Shown piece after piece: positions 46,447 to 56,363 of a stretch of 64,000 nucleotides of DNA. This stretch comes from Planctomycetota bacterium (GTDB lineage: Bacteria > Planctomycetota > Planctomycetia > Planctomycetales > Planctomycetaceae). The stretch's first letter is position 1, and each line of letters begins with the position of its first letter. The translations under genes and the position numbers were made by a program. The DNA is taken from NCBI GenBank assembly GCA_003671275.1, contig QWPB01000057.1:14788-78787 (forward strand), read 5' to 3'. The notes below the pieces were generated by a model that was not told the DNA's origin, made no database searches, and saw only the letters and a program-made list of their open reading frames with translations.

Positions 46447-47595
46447 GTGAGCTCCATCCGCCTGCTGCTGTGTGTTCTGGCGTTCTGCTCCCCACTCCGG
46501 GCCGAGGATACTTCATCCGCCGGTTTAGCTGCCCAGCTTCAGCCGTTCGTCGAACGACACACCCTGGCGGGAGCCGTAACACTGGTCGCCGATAAAACCC
46601 GGGTACTCGATCTGTCCGCTGTGGGTTACGCCGATATTGCTCAGAACCAGGCCATGCGCCCCGATCAGGTCGTGTGGATCGCCTCGATGACCAAAGCCAT
46701 CACCGCAGCTGCGGTCATGACCCTGGTCGACGAAGGTAAGCTGTCGTTGGAAGATCCGATTGAAAAGTATCTGCCGGAATTTCGGGATTTGTGGGTGGCT
46801 GCCGAATCGGACGAGACGCATCGCCTGCTGAAACGCCCCTCGACCAAGATCACCATTCGGCAATGCCTGTGTCATACCTCGGGGATGCCGTTTGCCTCTC
46901 CAATGGAGAAGCCCACTCTCGATGCGTTGACGCTCCGGGAATGCACGCTCAGTTATGCCATGACCCCGCTCCTGCACGAGCCCGGATCGAAGTATCAGTA
47001 CAGCAATGCCGGAATCAATACCGCTGGCCGGATCATCGAAGTCGTGAGCGGACAGCCATACGAAGTATTTCTACAGAAGCGAATTCTCGACCCCTTGAAG
47101 ATGACCGACACGACCTATTGGCCCAGCGAAGAACAGCTGTCCCGTCTGGCCAAACCGTACAAGCCAAACGCGGAGAAAAACGGACTGGAAGCAACGACGA
47201 TCTCCCAGTTGACCTACCCGCTCCATGAACGAACCCGCCAGCCCATGCCGGCGGGTGGGCTGTTTGCCACGGCCACGGATGTTTCCCACTTCTGCCAGAT
47301 GCTGCTGGCTGACGGGATGTTTGACGGCCAGAAAATTCTCTCCCCGGCTGCGGTCCAAGCGCTGAGTTCTCGTCAAACTGAGCCGGGGTTGCCGGAGAAC
47401 TATGGACTGGGAGTGAGTGTGTCTGAGAATTCATTTGGTCACGGCGGTGCCCTGTCGACAAATATGACGATCGACAAAAAACATGGCTTGGTGCTGGTTT
47501 ATCTGGTTCAGCATGCGGGCTACGCCAACTCCGATGGCGGACAGATCCAGCCGACCTTTCAAAAAGCGGCCATCGAACGCTTTGGCAAAAAGTAA
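46447..47595 (+). CDS. Secreted serine hydrolase / beta-lactamase-family (class C-like, PBP-related) protein
   Basis: SxxK (ASMTKAIT), YxN (YQYSNAG) and HGG (FGHGGA). GTG 46447 gives the signal peptide SSIRLLLCVLAFCSPLRA. Start uncertain. Confidence 0.8.
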   Translation: MSSIRLLLCVLAFCSPLRAEDTSSAGLAAQLQPFVERHTLAGAVTLVADKTRVLDLSAVGYADIAQNQAMRPDQVVWIASMTKAITAAAVMTLVDEGKLSLEDPIEKYLPEFRDLWVAAESDETHRLLKRPSTKITIRQCLCHTSGMPFASPMEKPTLDALTLRECTLSYAMTPLLHEPGSKYQYSNAGINTAGRIIEVVSGQPYEVFLQKRILDPLKMTDTTYWPSEEQLSRLAKPYKPNAEKNGLEATTISQLTYPLHERTRQPMPAGGLFATATDVSHFCQMLLADGMFDGQKILSPAAVQALSSRQTEPGLPENYGLGVSVSENSFGHGGALSTNMTIDKKHGLVLVYLVQHAGYANSDGGQIQPTFQKAAIERFGKK

Positions 47596-47603
47596 CCCCG
47601 GGC

Positions 47604-48866
47604 TTACTCGGGAACCCGCACCACATCCGCTCCCAGGCAGCGCAGCTTGGCTTCCAGCTGTTCGTACCCGCGATCCAGGTGATACATCCGGTGAATGGTC
47701 GTCTGGCCCTGGGCTGCCAAACCCGCCAGCACGAGTGCGGCACTGGCCCGCAGATCGCTGGCCATGACCTCGGCCCCGGACAGCTGGGGAACGCCCGTAA
47801 TGAGGGCACAATCGCCATCGCGACGAATATCAGCGCCCATGCGAAGCAGTTCGGATACATGCATGAACCGGTTCGGAAAGACCTTATCGGTAACGACACT
47901 GCGTCCGGAGGTCAGTGTCATCAACGCGGTCCACTGTGCCTGCACATCGGTCGGAAAGCCGGGATACGGCACCGCCCGCGTGTCGCACGGCTTCAAGGGT
48001 GCGGTGACACTCACCTGAATCGCGTTTCTGTGACACTTGACCTCGACTCCAGTCTCCCGCAGCTTGTCGAGAATCGCCCCCATATGATGGGGAAGGCACT
48101 GCTCGATCGTCACTGATCCTCGTGTGATGATTGCGGCAATCAGCAGTGTTGCCGCTTCGATACGGTCCGGGATGATTGCGTAATCGACAGGGTGCAGTTC
48201 ATCGACCCCCTGAATCACCAGATGAGAAGTACCGAGCCCTTCGATCCGGGCCCCCATCGCCACCAGCATCTCACCCAGATCCACGACCTCGGGTTCGGAC
48301 GCTGCGGCATCGATGACTGTCGTCCCCTTGGCCAGACAGGCAGCTGTCATCACGTTGCAGGTTCCCGTGACCGTGCTACCTTGCTCCCCCCCCAAATGGA
48401 CGTACGCGCCTCGTAATTGCCGGGCCGAGGCGATGACATACCCATTTTCGATCTGAATTTCGGCTCCCAGGGCACGCAACCCTTTGAGGTGCAGGTCGAT
48501 CGGTCGATGCCCGATTTGGCATCCCCCGGGAAGCGAAACCACCCCTCGTCCCCGCCGCGCCAACAATGGCCCCAACACACAAATACTGGCCCGCATCTGC
48601 CGGACCAGCTCATAATCCGCGCGGCACGCTTGATCATCCACGGCATGCAGCGACCAGACGCCCCCCTGGACATTTGAGACCACTCCCAGCGTTTGCAATA
48701 GCCCCGCCATCGTTCGCACATCGGCCAGATCGGGCACATTTCTCAGTCGGATGGGCCCGCTGGCGATCAGGCAAGCGGCCATCATGGGCAGCGCAGCATT
48801 CTTGGAACCGCTGACCCGGACCGAGCCTCGCAGGGGAATTCCTCCGTGGATAACAAACTTCTCCAT
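47604..48866 (-). CDS. murA: UDP-N-acetylglucosamine 1-carboxyvinyltransferase
   Basis: [27 protein letters not shown] and the catalytic Cys loop [15 protein letters not shown]. 420 aa. Confidence 0.95.
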   Translation of the reverse strand: MEKFVIHGGIPLRGSVRVSGSKNAALPMMAACLIASGPIRLRNVPDLADVRTMAGLLQTLGVVSNVQGGVWSLHAVDDQACRADYELVRQMRASICVLGPLLARRGRGVVSLPGGCQIGHRPIDLHLKGLRALGAEIQIENGYVIASARQLRGAYVHLGGEQGSTVTGTCNVMTAACLAKGTTVIDAAASEPEVVDLGEMLVAMGARIEGLGTSHLVIQGVDELHPVDYAIIPDRIEAATLLIAAIITRGSVTIEQCLPHHMGAILDKLRETGVEVKCHRNAIQVSVTAPLKPCDTRAVPYPGFPTDVQAQWTALMTLTSGRSVVTDKVFPNRFMHVSELLRMGADIRRDGDCALITGVPQLSGAEVMASDLRASAALVLAGLAAQGQTTIHRMYHLDRGYEQLEAKLRCLGADVVRVPE

Positions 48867-49092
48867 GGGAGGAGCATATCCCAAGTCGTCCTCTGGACGT
48901 GAGTCGAAAAACTGCGAGATCGAGGGCTGACGAGTCGCATTGACGACATCAATCGTACTTATTCGAACAGTTATTCCGATCGTAACCACAAACTGGCACG
49001 GGACATTCGCTGGAAACAGTAAAAGACGGGAACGGGTCAGTTGACGGAAAACAGGGACCGATTAAGATTCCACACTCGCTTCGGCGAGACAC

Positions 49093-49166
49093 GGGGTGGT
49101 AGCTCAATTGGTTAGAGCACCGGACTGTCGATCCGGAGGTTGCGGGTTCGAGTCCCGTCCGCCTCG
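49093..49166 (+). tRNA. tRNA-Asp (anticodon GUC), CCA not encoded
   Basis: Manual cloverleaf: acceptor GGGGTGG/CCGCCTC (two G-U pairs), D-arm GCTC-AATTGGTTA-GAGC, anticodon arm CCGGA-CTGTCGA-TCCGG, T-arm GCGGG-TTCGAGT-CCCGT. Confidence 0.9.
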
Positions 49167-49183
49167 CTTGAGGTGCCCACAAA

Positions 49184-49216
49184 AGCTCGGTCGTTCGCGA
49201 CCGGGCTTTTTTTCTT
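49184..49216 (+). terminator. Intrinsic terminator after tRNA-Asp
   Basis: 10-bp stem agctcggtcg / cgaccgggct with a UUCG tetraloop, followed by ttttttt. Confidence 0.75.
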
Positions 49217-49340
49217 GGGCGATTTTCAGGGATGATGGCTTTTGAATCTGGTTCGTACGGAAAACGCAGCCTCCAGCTGGTCCATGCGAACCTTTCCGGT
49301 CAGACCGGCGTCCATTTCTCGGTTCTTCTGAGACATTCCT

Positions 49341-49937
49341 ATGGCTGCTCGTACCGCCACAATTCAGCGGCAAACCGCGGAAACCAATATCACTCTGACC
49401 CTCGCTCTCGATGGTCAGGGAAAGGCAGACATCCAGACCGGAGTCGGATTTTTCGATCACATGCTGACCTTGCTGGCCAAGCATGGATTGTTTGATCTGA
49501 CCATCCAGGCCCAAGGTGATCTGCATGTCGATCATCACCATACCGTGGAAGATGTCGGCATCTGTCTGGGGCGGGCCATTCTGCAGGCGGTGGGCGATAA
49601 GACCGGTATCAACCGGTACGGCTGCTTCTCCCTGCCGATGGAAGATACGCTGATCACCTCCGCCCTCGACTTGAGCGGGCGGGCGTGGTTCATCGACAAG
49701 TTCGAGTTCCCCACGGAAAAAATCGGCGAGTTCGACACCCAGCTGGTCGAGGTGTTCTGGCAGGCCGTGGCCGCGAATGCCCTCATGAATCTGCACGTCG
49801 TCCTGCATCACGGACGAAACAGCCACCACATCGCGGAAGCCATCTTCAAGGGGACAGCTCGGGCCCTGCGGCAGGCCGTGGCGACCGACCCCCGCCAGAC
49901 CGGCGTGCCATCGTCCAAGGGGACGTTGACGAAGTAA
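49341..49937 (+). CDS. hisB: Imidazoleglycerol-phosphate dehydratase
   Basis: [35 protein letters not shown]. 198 aa. Confidence 0.95.
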   Translation: MAARTATIQRQTAETNITLTLALDGQGKADIQTGVGFFDHMLTLLAKHGLFDLTIQAQGDLHVDHHHTVEDVGICLGRAILQAVGDKTGINRYGCFSLPMEDTLITSALDLSGRAWFIDKFEFPTEKIGEFDTQLVEVFWQAVAANALMNLHVVLHHGRNSHHIAEAIFKGTARALRQAVATDPRQTGVPSSKGTLTK

Positions 49938-50006
49938 CCGCACCGGGCGGTTTGGGTTTGATTCCGCAGCGCGAGGCAGGGGCTCTTCTTCGAAGAGGAC
50001 GACAGC

Positions 50007-50531
50007 ATGCTGTGGCGAACGGTTGTGCTGCTGATCCTCGTGGCGATTGCCGCCTGGACCGATCTACGCGAACGCAAACTCTATAACTGGAACACCTACA
50101 CCGGCATGCTGATCGGTCTGGTGATCCATTTACTGCCCGGCAGTCCGCTTTCTGTCGGCGATGTGCTGCTGGGATGGCTGGCCTGCGGCGGGCTGATGTT
50201 GGTGGCGTTCACTTTCCTGCCAATGGGTGGCGGAGACGTGAAGCTGATGGGAATGATGGGGATGGGGATGGGCCTCGAAGACGGGCTGATGGCCCTGCTG
50301 TGGTCCGTGACCTTCGCGGCGATCCTGGCTGCGGCCCACGTCATCTGGCAACTGGGAGCCTGGAATCTCCTGCGCGGCGGATTCCGCAAGGCCACCTACA
50401 TTGTGGGGGCGCAAGGACCTGTTCCCTGGACTGATGAGCAGCAGCAGGTGCTGAACCAGAAATTCCGCCTCGGCCCGGCGGCTCTGCTCGGCGTGCTGGT
50501 GACCCGAGCCGATTTGCTGTGGGAGCTGTAA
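50007..50531 (+). CDS. A24-family prepilin peptidase (short CpaA/TadV-like form, no methyltransferase domain)
   Basis: Two catalytic Asp contexts, AWTDLRERKL and GGGDVKLMG. Polytopic, 174 aa. Confidence 0.8.
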   Translation: MLWRTVVLLILVAIAAWTDLRERKLYNWNTYTGMLIGLVIHLLPGSPLSVGDVLLGWLACGGLMLVAFTFLPMGGGDVKLMGMMGMGMGLEDGLMALLWSVTFAAILAAAHVIWQLGAWNLLRGGFRKATYIVGAQGPVPWTDEQQQVLNQKFRLGPAALLGVLVTRADLLWEL

Positions 50532-50549
50532 CTCGCCCCACTCCATCGA

Positions 50550-51419
50550 CTAATCCGCGGTTACGGCAGTCATCGGAGGCGGTGTCCAGACCCCGGTGAT
50601 CTCCGCCATTCGCAACAGCAGAGATTTGTTATCGATGAAGGGCTGGTTCCCGGTGTTGGCCCACAGCACCTGCCCTTCCGGCGATATCAAGAACGTTCCG
50701 TGCAGCAGTAACTCCCCCTTGTCCATCGTCGCGGGCGTAAAAGTTCCATAGAGCTGAGCCACCCGGTTGTCGGGGTCGGACAGTACCGGGAAGTGGAACG
50801 GCTGGTACTCTTTGTACTTCTCGGCAGTGTGCTCTGGCGGGTCGGACGAGATCGCAATGATCGGCACCCCCAACTCCTCGAAGTGCCGCAGGTCGTCCTC
50901 CAAACCGAACAGTTGAGCCACGCAGTGGCTGCATCCATAGCCATAATAAAACACGACAATCGCCGGACCGCCACCACGGATGGCCGAGAAGCTCTGCAGC
51001 TGTCCTTCGACATTTTTCAGTTCGAACTCGGGGGCCACCTGATTCAGCAGAGGATGCGTCATGGTCGGCTGGGGAGTCAGGGACCGATCCCCGAGTATGG
51101 CCACCAGCCCCTCGGACAAATCCTTTTTCCCAGCTTTGTGCAGGTAGGCGCGTGCATCGTTCTCGATATGCCCGGTCGTCAACAGCCCATACTTCAGGCA
51201 CATCTGCCGACACTCTTCCATGAACCCCTGCTCTTCCGCGAGCGGATCAGAACGCGGTTGAACCACCGTAGTCAGGTGGTAAACCACGACCGCCCCATAC
51301 AGGCTGCCGACGGCTGCCAGAAAACCGAGAAACAACCGTCGCCCCCATGACCGGGGAGCGGTCGGTGGTGACTCGGGGGTGGCCGAAGCCGGAGGCTGAT
51401 CCAATGGAACACCTTTCAA
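50550..51419 (-). CDS. Membrane-anchored thioredoxin-fold protein (TlpA/peroxiredoxin-like)
   Basis: N-terminal TM LFLGFLAAVGSLYGAVVVY. Redox motif FYYGYGCSHCVAQL. Confidence 0.8.
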   Translation of the reverse strand: MKGVPLDQPPASATPESPPTAPRSWGRRLFLGFLAAVGSLYGAVVVYHLTTVVQPRSDPLAEEQGFMEECRQMCLKYGLLTTGHIENDARAYLHKAGKKDLSEGLVAILGDRSLTPQPTMTHPLLNQVAPEFELKNVEGQLQSFSAIRGGGPAIVVFYYGYGCSHCVAQLFGLEDDLRHFEELGVPIIAISSDPPEHTAEKYKEYQPFHFPVLSDPDNRVAQLYGTFTPATMDKGELLLHGTFLISPEGQVLWANTGNQPFIDNKSLLLRMAEITGVWTPPPMTAVTAD

Positions 51420-51492
51420 GTCGATAGCGAGCGACGCTCACTCTGTGGATACGGGACAGATACGGCATTCTGAATACCGAGCGGGAATCGGT

Positions 51493-52458
51493 CTAGAACT
51501 CGCCAAAGATCTCACCTCCCGCACGGGTGCTGAGTGCCCGCCAAACGATCATGTCCACATTCTCGCTGGTAAATCGCACACTTCCATCGCACAACAGAGA
51601 CTGTACTCCCCCCTCATGACGACTGCGAGCCGCTGTCAGACCATAATTGTGGCTTCTGTTGCCGCAGTCGAACTGTCGGGAATTGGGGCCATAGTAATGG
51701 TTGTAGATCGTATCCCCATAGTGCCCATTCAGCCATTTGGCTCCCCGCAGCCCACTCCAGGTTCCACCGCCCGAGACGCAGGTCACATCGGTCGTGGATG
51801 TCGCTCCGATGAGCTCCAGCACCTCTCCTTCGGCGTTCTGCGGACTGGCCCCGGTGCTGGACGGGTTCCCGCCAATCCCCAAGGTCTGCTCACTGAAGCA
51901 GATGGTATTGGACATCCCATCGGTAACATCCCGAAAGCGAACACTGGAACGAGAGTACATCACACCATCGCCCGTGTTGATGCTGTTGGCCGCCCCCGTT
52001 CCACTACCGGCACTGGCCACATAATTCGTGGGACCAAACTCATTCCCCAGAATCTGTCCCGCATCGCTGGGGCAAAGGTAGGCGGGGATGATCGTTCGGG
52101 CGGCAATCTCGTTTTGCGTCATGGGGCTCGACGGTGTCCCGAAGTTCGGGGCCTTGTTGAGGTCGAGCAAATTGTACAGGTTGGCTCCATCCAGGTAGGG
52201 CAGGATGTGCGCCTGAACCGAAAAGACCATCGGAAAGCCCAATCGCCCGGGCGGGAACACCCGCAAGCTCGACTCGTAGTTGTGAATCGCCAGCCCGATT
52301 TGCTTGAGATTGTTTTTGCACTGTGCCCGCCGGGCCGCTTCGCGGGCCTGCTGCACTGCGGGCAGCAACAGTGCGATGAGTACTGCGATGATTGCGATCA
52401 CAACCAGTAGCTCGATGAGCGTGAAACCCCGCCGGGAAGAGGATGCGGTCAATGACAT
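51493..52458 (-). CDS. DUF1559 protein with prepilin-type N-terminal cleavage/methylation site
   Basis: RGFTLIELLVVIAIIAVLIALLLPAVQQAREAARRAQCKNNLKQIGLAIHNYES and the typical C-terminal LLCDGSVRF...WRALSTRAGGE. Confidence 0.9.
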   Translation of the reverse strand: MSLTASSSRRGFTLIELLVVIAIIAVLIALLLPAVQQAREAARRAQCKNNLKQIGLAIHNYESSLRVFPPGRLGFPMVFSVQAHILPYLDGANLYNLLDLNKAPNFGTPSSPMTQNEIAARTIIPAYLCPSDAGQILGNEFGPTNYVASAGSGTGAANSINTGDGVMYSRSSVRFRDVTDGMSNTICFSEQTLGIGGNPSSTGASPQNAEGEVLELIGATSTTDVTCVSGGGTWSGLRGAKWLNGHYGDTIYNHYYGPNSRQFDCGNRSHNYGLTAARSRHEGGVQSLLCDGSVRFTSENVDMIVWRALSTRAGGEIFGEF

Positions 52459-52749
52459 GATTGTCCGATTGTCTCCAGAAAGAACGGATGAATCAGAAGA
52501 TGACGGAAGCCGAAACCGCCCCGGAAGGCACACCTGCGGCACGAAACGCCACTCGTTTTGTGGAGAACAAGCCATTCCCTGGCCGCAGGCGTGCTGTTTC
52601 CGAATTTTGGAGGCCCTCAACGGGAAGGCCCCTCAATGCGCGGGGAGGAACACCCCCGAACATGCGGCACGGTGCCCCGTAAAACGAAGCGGCATCGAAT
52701 CGATCGCATGGACGCACGACGTAACCGTCAGCCAGCGACTCACTCGCCA

Positions 52750-53361
52750 TTAAACAGGCATGAGCGACTGCGGCGGCGGCGTAGGTGGCACGCGATCCAC
52801 CGGAATAAGTACCGAAACGTCCATTGTCACATAGGCCGTAACCAGCGGGGGTGGGGACAAAACCGTACCCCGCACCGGGGGAACCAATGCTGTCAAACCG
52901 CCCCAAGTCGATTGCTCCACGCCCCGGCAACGCAACTCGTTCAGAACGGGCACGAGAACCAGTGCGGCAGAGGTTCTGATGGGACGAGCCGCGGTGGTTA
53001 GCGTTCGCGGAGAATTCTGGCCTCCAGTGTGACAACACACACGGGCCAACGCACCTTCGGGAGCCCCTTCCGCACGAGCCGCCTCCACGACAAACGCTGG
53101 CAACTGGACCTGATTTTTACGGGCCCAGGCGACCTTTTGTGTGTTTGTGAAGCAGCAGCACTTTTTCCAGCACTGCTGAGCGGAACGGCAACCGCACGCC
53201 CGATGCTGACAGGGGAACGGAGCTGACGTATCTTTACCAACTGGCTCGGAACTCTGGATCTGAATTCCGACTGGAAACAGCATCCATACCGCCACCAGCA
53301 ACACCATCCAGCGGGTGAGTTGAACGATCGACCAGTGCTTTATCCGCTGGATCAGAGACAT
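52750..53361 (-). CDS. Hypothetical membrane-anchored Cys-rich protein
   Basis: TM WMVLLVAVWMLFPVGIQI followed by the cluster PFPCQHRACGCRSAQQCWKKCCCF. The C-terminal half is less certain, because an alternative-frame ORF (52493-53038) overlaps it. Confidence 0.5.
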   Translation of the reverse strand: MSLIQRIKHWSIVQLTRWMVLLVAVWMLFPVGIQIQSSEPVGKDTSAPFPCQHRACGCRSAQQCWKKCCCFTNTQKVAWARKNQVQLPAFVVEAARAEGAPEGALARVCCHTGGQNSPRTLTTAARPIRTSAALVLVPVLNELRCRGVEQSTWGGLTALVPPVRGTVLSPPPLVTAYVTMDVSVLIPVDRVPPTPPPQSLMPV

Positions 53362-53597
53362 GAGATGCGCCCGTGCGCCCTAGTCAACGTCGTGCCAGCT
53401 CGTTCTCCACATCTTCAGCATATCCGAGGCACATCCGGGCATGCAATCCGCCCAGACCATTTCGTCAAAAGGAAGAATCCGGATACCGATTCAAGGACAC
53501 GACGGCCCCGCACTGACCGGCTGAGTATCGCCGCGTGAATCGAGGAACTATCCTCCACCTCACGAACGACAACACTCCCACTCTATGGAACGCAGCG

Positions 53598-54020
53598 ATG
53601 GAATTCCCCAACGACGAAAATGGTTCGGTATTGCAGTCGATGCAGGATGCGGGCATGGATTTGAACCGCGAGTACAACGTCGAGTTCTGGCACGTCTTCA
53701 AGGAAGAAACCTCCGCCCAGGAGATGGAGCGGCGCGTCTCCGCACTGGGGATTCAGACCGAAGTGTTCGATAACTCCGAATTGGATGAGTCCGATCTCTT
53801 CGATGACGACGAGGACGGCGATGACGACGGGGAATCGTTCGAGGGGGACGACGAAGAGATGGAACTGAATGAGGGATTCGACGTGCTATGCATCGTTCCG
53901 ATGATCCCCACTCACGCGGGGATCACCGAGATGGAGCAAAAGCTCGGTAAGATCGCCGAATCGTGCGGCGGCGAAGCGGATGGCTGGGGCGTCCTGAACG
54001 CGGACGAATCGGAAGAATAA
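53598..54020 (+). CDS. RraB-like (regulator of ribonuclease activity B family) protein with a poly-acidic insert
   Basis: NDENGSVLQSMQDAGMDLNREYNVEFWHVF ... C-terminal GGEADGWGV resembles the RraB fold signature. Insert DESDLFDDDEDGDDDGESFEGDDEE. Confidence 0.6.
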   Translation: MEFPNDENGSVLQSMQDAGMDLNREYNVEFWHVFKEETSAQEMERRVSALGIQTEVFDNSELDESDLFDDDEDGDDDGESFEGDDEEMELNEGFDVLCIVPMIPTHAGITEMEQKLGKIAESCGGEADGWGVLNADESEE

Positions 54021-54079
54021 GACCGTATCGACACCGGGCACGACACCGCCCGGTGAATGCTTTGGAATCATCCGGACAT

Positions 54080-54123
54080 CCGACCTCTGCCGTCTCCCGA
54101 CGACAGAGGTCGGAGCATTTTCG
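54080..54123 (+). terminator. Intrinsic terminator-like hairpin after the RraB-like gene
   Basis: Perfect 10-bp stem ccgacctctg / cagaggtcgg with a 14-nt loop, followed by agcatttt. Confidence 0.5.
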
Positions 54124-54322
54124 AGCCCTCCTGATTGCATGGAAACGGATCATCCCCATGGCTGGGGCATCCGTTTCCAGCCGAAGAGCCCCTCCTGCTT
54201 TCACGAGGAACCGCTTTTCGGAAACAGTATTCCCAATCGAGTCGGGGAATGACCACAATGAGAGCACGTCGCCCGAGCGGTCAGGGTCTCCTTCTGCACG
54301 CTCCATTCGAGCGGATCGCACC

Positions 54323-54802
54323 ATGATCGAACTCTGGGAACTCCTCAGCTACATCGTCACGGTAATCGGTCTTCCGATGGCGATTGGAATTTTCATTTAC
54401 GAACAGCGCAAGGAGCGGGATAACGAGGACGAAGAGGTCTACCAGTTATTATCCGACGCGTATCACGATTTTTTGAAGCTCGTCCTGGCCAATCCGGATC
54501 TTAAGCTGCGGTCTCAAGCTGCCACACCCAACCTGACGGAAGAACAGCGAGAGCGGATGCATGTGATCTTCGAGATGCTGACATCGCTGTTTGAGCGGGC
54601 ATATTTGACAGCTTACGACGACCACATGACCGAGAAGCAGACGCGCCGCTGGCACTCGTGGGACGACTTCATGCGGGAATGGGTCCGCCGGGACGATTAT
54701 CGGTCACTGCTCCCCTGGTTGCTGCAGGGTGAGGACGAGGACTTCGCAGTCTATATCCGCCGACTGGCAGAGGAAGAGGCCCCGCATCACCGGGCGACAT
54801 GA
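54323..54802 (+). CDS. Hypothetical single-pass membrane protein (159 aa)
   Basis: Start at MIELWELLSYIVTVIGLPMAIGIFIY (N-terminal TM), then a charged helical domain. No family recognised. Confidence 0.55.
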   Translation: MIELWELLSYIVTVIGLPMAIGIFIYEQRKERDNEDEEVYQLLSDAYHDFLKLVLANPDLKLRSQAATPNLTEEQRERMHVIFEMLTSLFERAYLTAYDDHMTEKQTRRWHSWDDFMREWVRRDDYRSLLPWLLQGEDEDFAVYIRRLAEEEAPHHRAT

Positions 54803-55109
54803 GACCGAGAATGTGTACGTCAGGAAAGCAGGCAGGCCAGACACTCCTGTCTAACCCATGTTTCAAAATGGACTTCCCCACGATTCGGGGGTGAGGGAAA
54901 ACGGTTACAGTGCGTCAGCGAACTGGGCCGGTGATCCGTTGCAATAGTCGGTCTTCCGCTGTGAACTGTCCAATGTGGAGTTGCAGTCACGGAAGATGAC
55001 GGTCTGACCGGCCTTGAATCTGGAGGATGTCCGTGAGGACTGATTGTCGCCTTTCGCTCCGCGAAAGACGACAAATGATGGTTCTGTGACTCATAACCAA
55101 GGACATTTG

Positions 55110-56363
55110 ATGACCACTCAAAGCCGCCCGATGACAGAGAGAGACCGGAAGCATGCCGTGATCATCTTTCTGATCATGGCAGTGGGACTCTTTGCCGCTC
55201 CGGTGTATCACACCTGCGTCGAGCTGGGATATCGGCTGATCGGGGTGACCACCACAGCACAAGTCACCGGTCAACACCAAGAGAGTCGACGCGGGAAGCA
55301 CGGTCGTCGTACGGTGTACGTGATCGGTTATTCCTTCATGGACAGGGGTGGCCGGCAACGTGCCGAATCAGATGAACTGGACAACGACCTGGCCGCACAA
55401 GCCGGAGGCCCGTTGACGGTCGAGTACATTCCAGGACTAACCGGCTATTCCCGCATTCCGGGACACGGGACTCGCCGGCTGATCCTTTCGCTCATGCTGG
55501 GTGCGAGCGGGGTTCTATTTGGCGGGATGGCATGGCTGAACTGGAAACAGAAACTGGACAGCTCGACTCCGACACCCGTTAAGCCCCTGCCCGCGAAGCC
55601 GACCGTCCTGAACAAAACTCTGTTCGGAGAGATCCCCCTCAGCGGAACCGTGGGGATGGGGATCGTCGGTGCGATCCTCGTCGGGTTGAGCCTGCTCGGA
55701 GTCTTCGGCGAAGCGGGTTCGGTGGTTGCGGTCGGTGTCGTGGCCTTGGGAGTCGGGCTGATCGCCATGGAGATATCCAACCGTGCTACGAAGCGCCATA
55801 CAGACGCCATGCAGTCCATCGCCCGCGGTCTGAACCTGAAGTTCAACCCGGAGGGGCACGAAGAATTGCACGCGAGCCTGAAGCGGTTCCACCTGGCGAC
55901 TCTGGGGCCGTACAGCACGATGAAGAATCTGATGTACGGGCAGCGGGACGGCACCGACATCGCGATCTTTGAATACGAGTACCCGCGTGCCAAAAACCAC
56001 ACGATCCGCCAGACCGTGATCTGGATGCAACGCCGCGGGACGCGCCTGACAGACTTCGCGCTGCGGCCCGAAGGCGTGTGGAACCAACTCGGCGGCTGGT
56101 CCGGACACGGCGATATCAACTTCGATTCTCATCCCCGATTCTCTCGCGACTACCTGCTGCGAGGGGATGACGAGGAGGCGATCCGCGAGCTATTCACAGA
56201 TGACGTCCTGCGCTTCTACGAAACACACCCGGAACTGATTACCGAAGGCGAAGGCAACAAGCTACTGTTCTATCGTGAGGGAGTGTTGGTTCCGCCAGAG
56301 AGGATTCGGGCCTTCCTGGAAGAGGCGCTTGCTGTCCGGTCGCTGTTTCAACCGAAGGCCTGA
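55110..56363 (+). CDS. Membrane protein with a DUF3592-like N-terminal module and a C-terminal soluble domain
   Basis: TM, then a beta-rich segment (TTAQVTGQH...TVYVIGYSF), then a TM arrangement typical of DUF3592, further TM helices, and a roughly 200-aa C-terminal domain. AAGGA lies upstream of ATG 55110. Confidence 0.6.
   Translation: MTTQSRPMTERDRKHAVIIFLIMAVGLFAAPVYHTCVELGYRLIGVTTTAQVTGQHQESRRGKHGRRTVYVIGYSFMDRGGRQRAESDELDNDLAAQAGGPLTVEYIPGLTGYSRIPGHGTRRLILSLMLGASGVLFGGMAWLNWKQKLDSSTPTPVKPLPAKPTVLNKTLFGEIPLSGTVGMGIVGAILVGLSLLGVFGEAGSVVAVGVVALGVGLIAMEISNRATKRHTDAMQSIARGLNLKFNPEGHEELHASLKRFHLATLGPYSTMKNLMYGQRDGTDIAIFEYEYPRAKNHTIRQTVIWMQRRGTRLTDFALRPEGVWNQLGGWSGHGDINFDSHPRFSRDYLLRGDDEEAIRELFTDDVLRFYETHPELITEGEGNKLLFYREGVLVPPERIRAFLEEALAVRSLFQPKA

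Noticed and set aside
49093-49340. Checked the tRNA-Asp flank for an integrated element (integrase, att-like tRNA 3' duplicate).
   Set aside because: The tRNA is followed by its own terminator and then hisB. There is no integrase or recombinase, and I saw no repeat of the tRNA 3' end.
52493-53038. 181-aa alternative-frame minus-strand ORF (G/Y/A-rich) overlapping the 3' half of the Cys-rich gene and the spacer before DUF1559.
   Set aside because: No motif or signal was recognised. A quick third-position GC comparison over 52801-52860 did not favour it. It does lower confidence in the C-terminal half of the 52750-53361 call.
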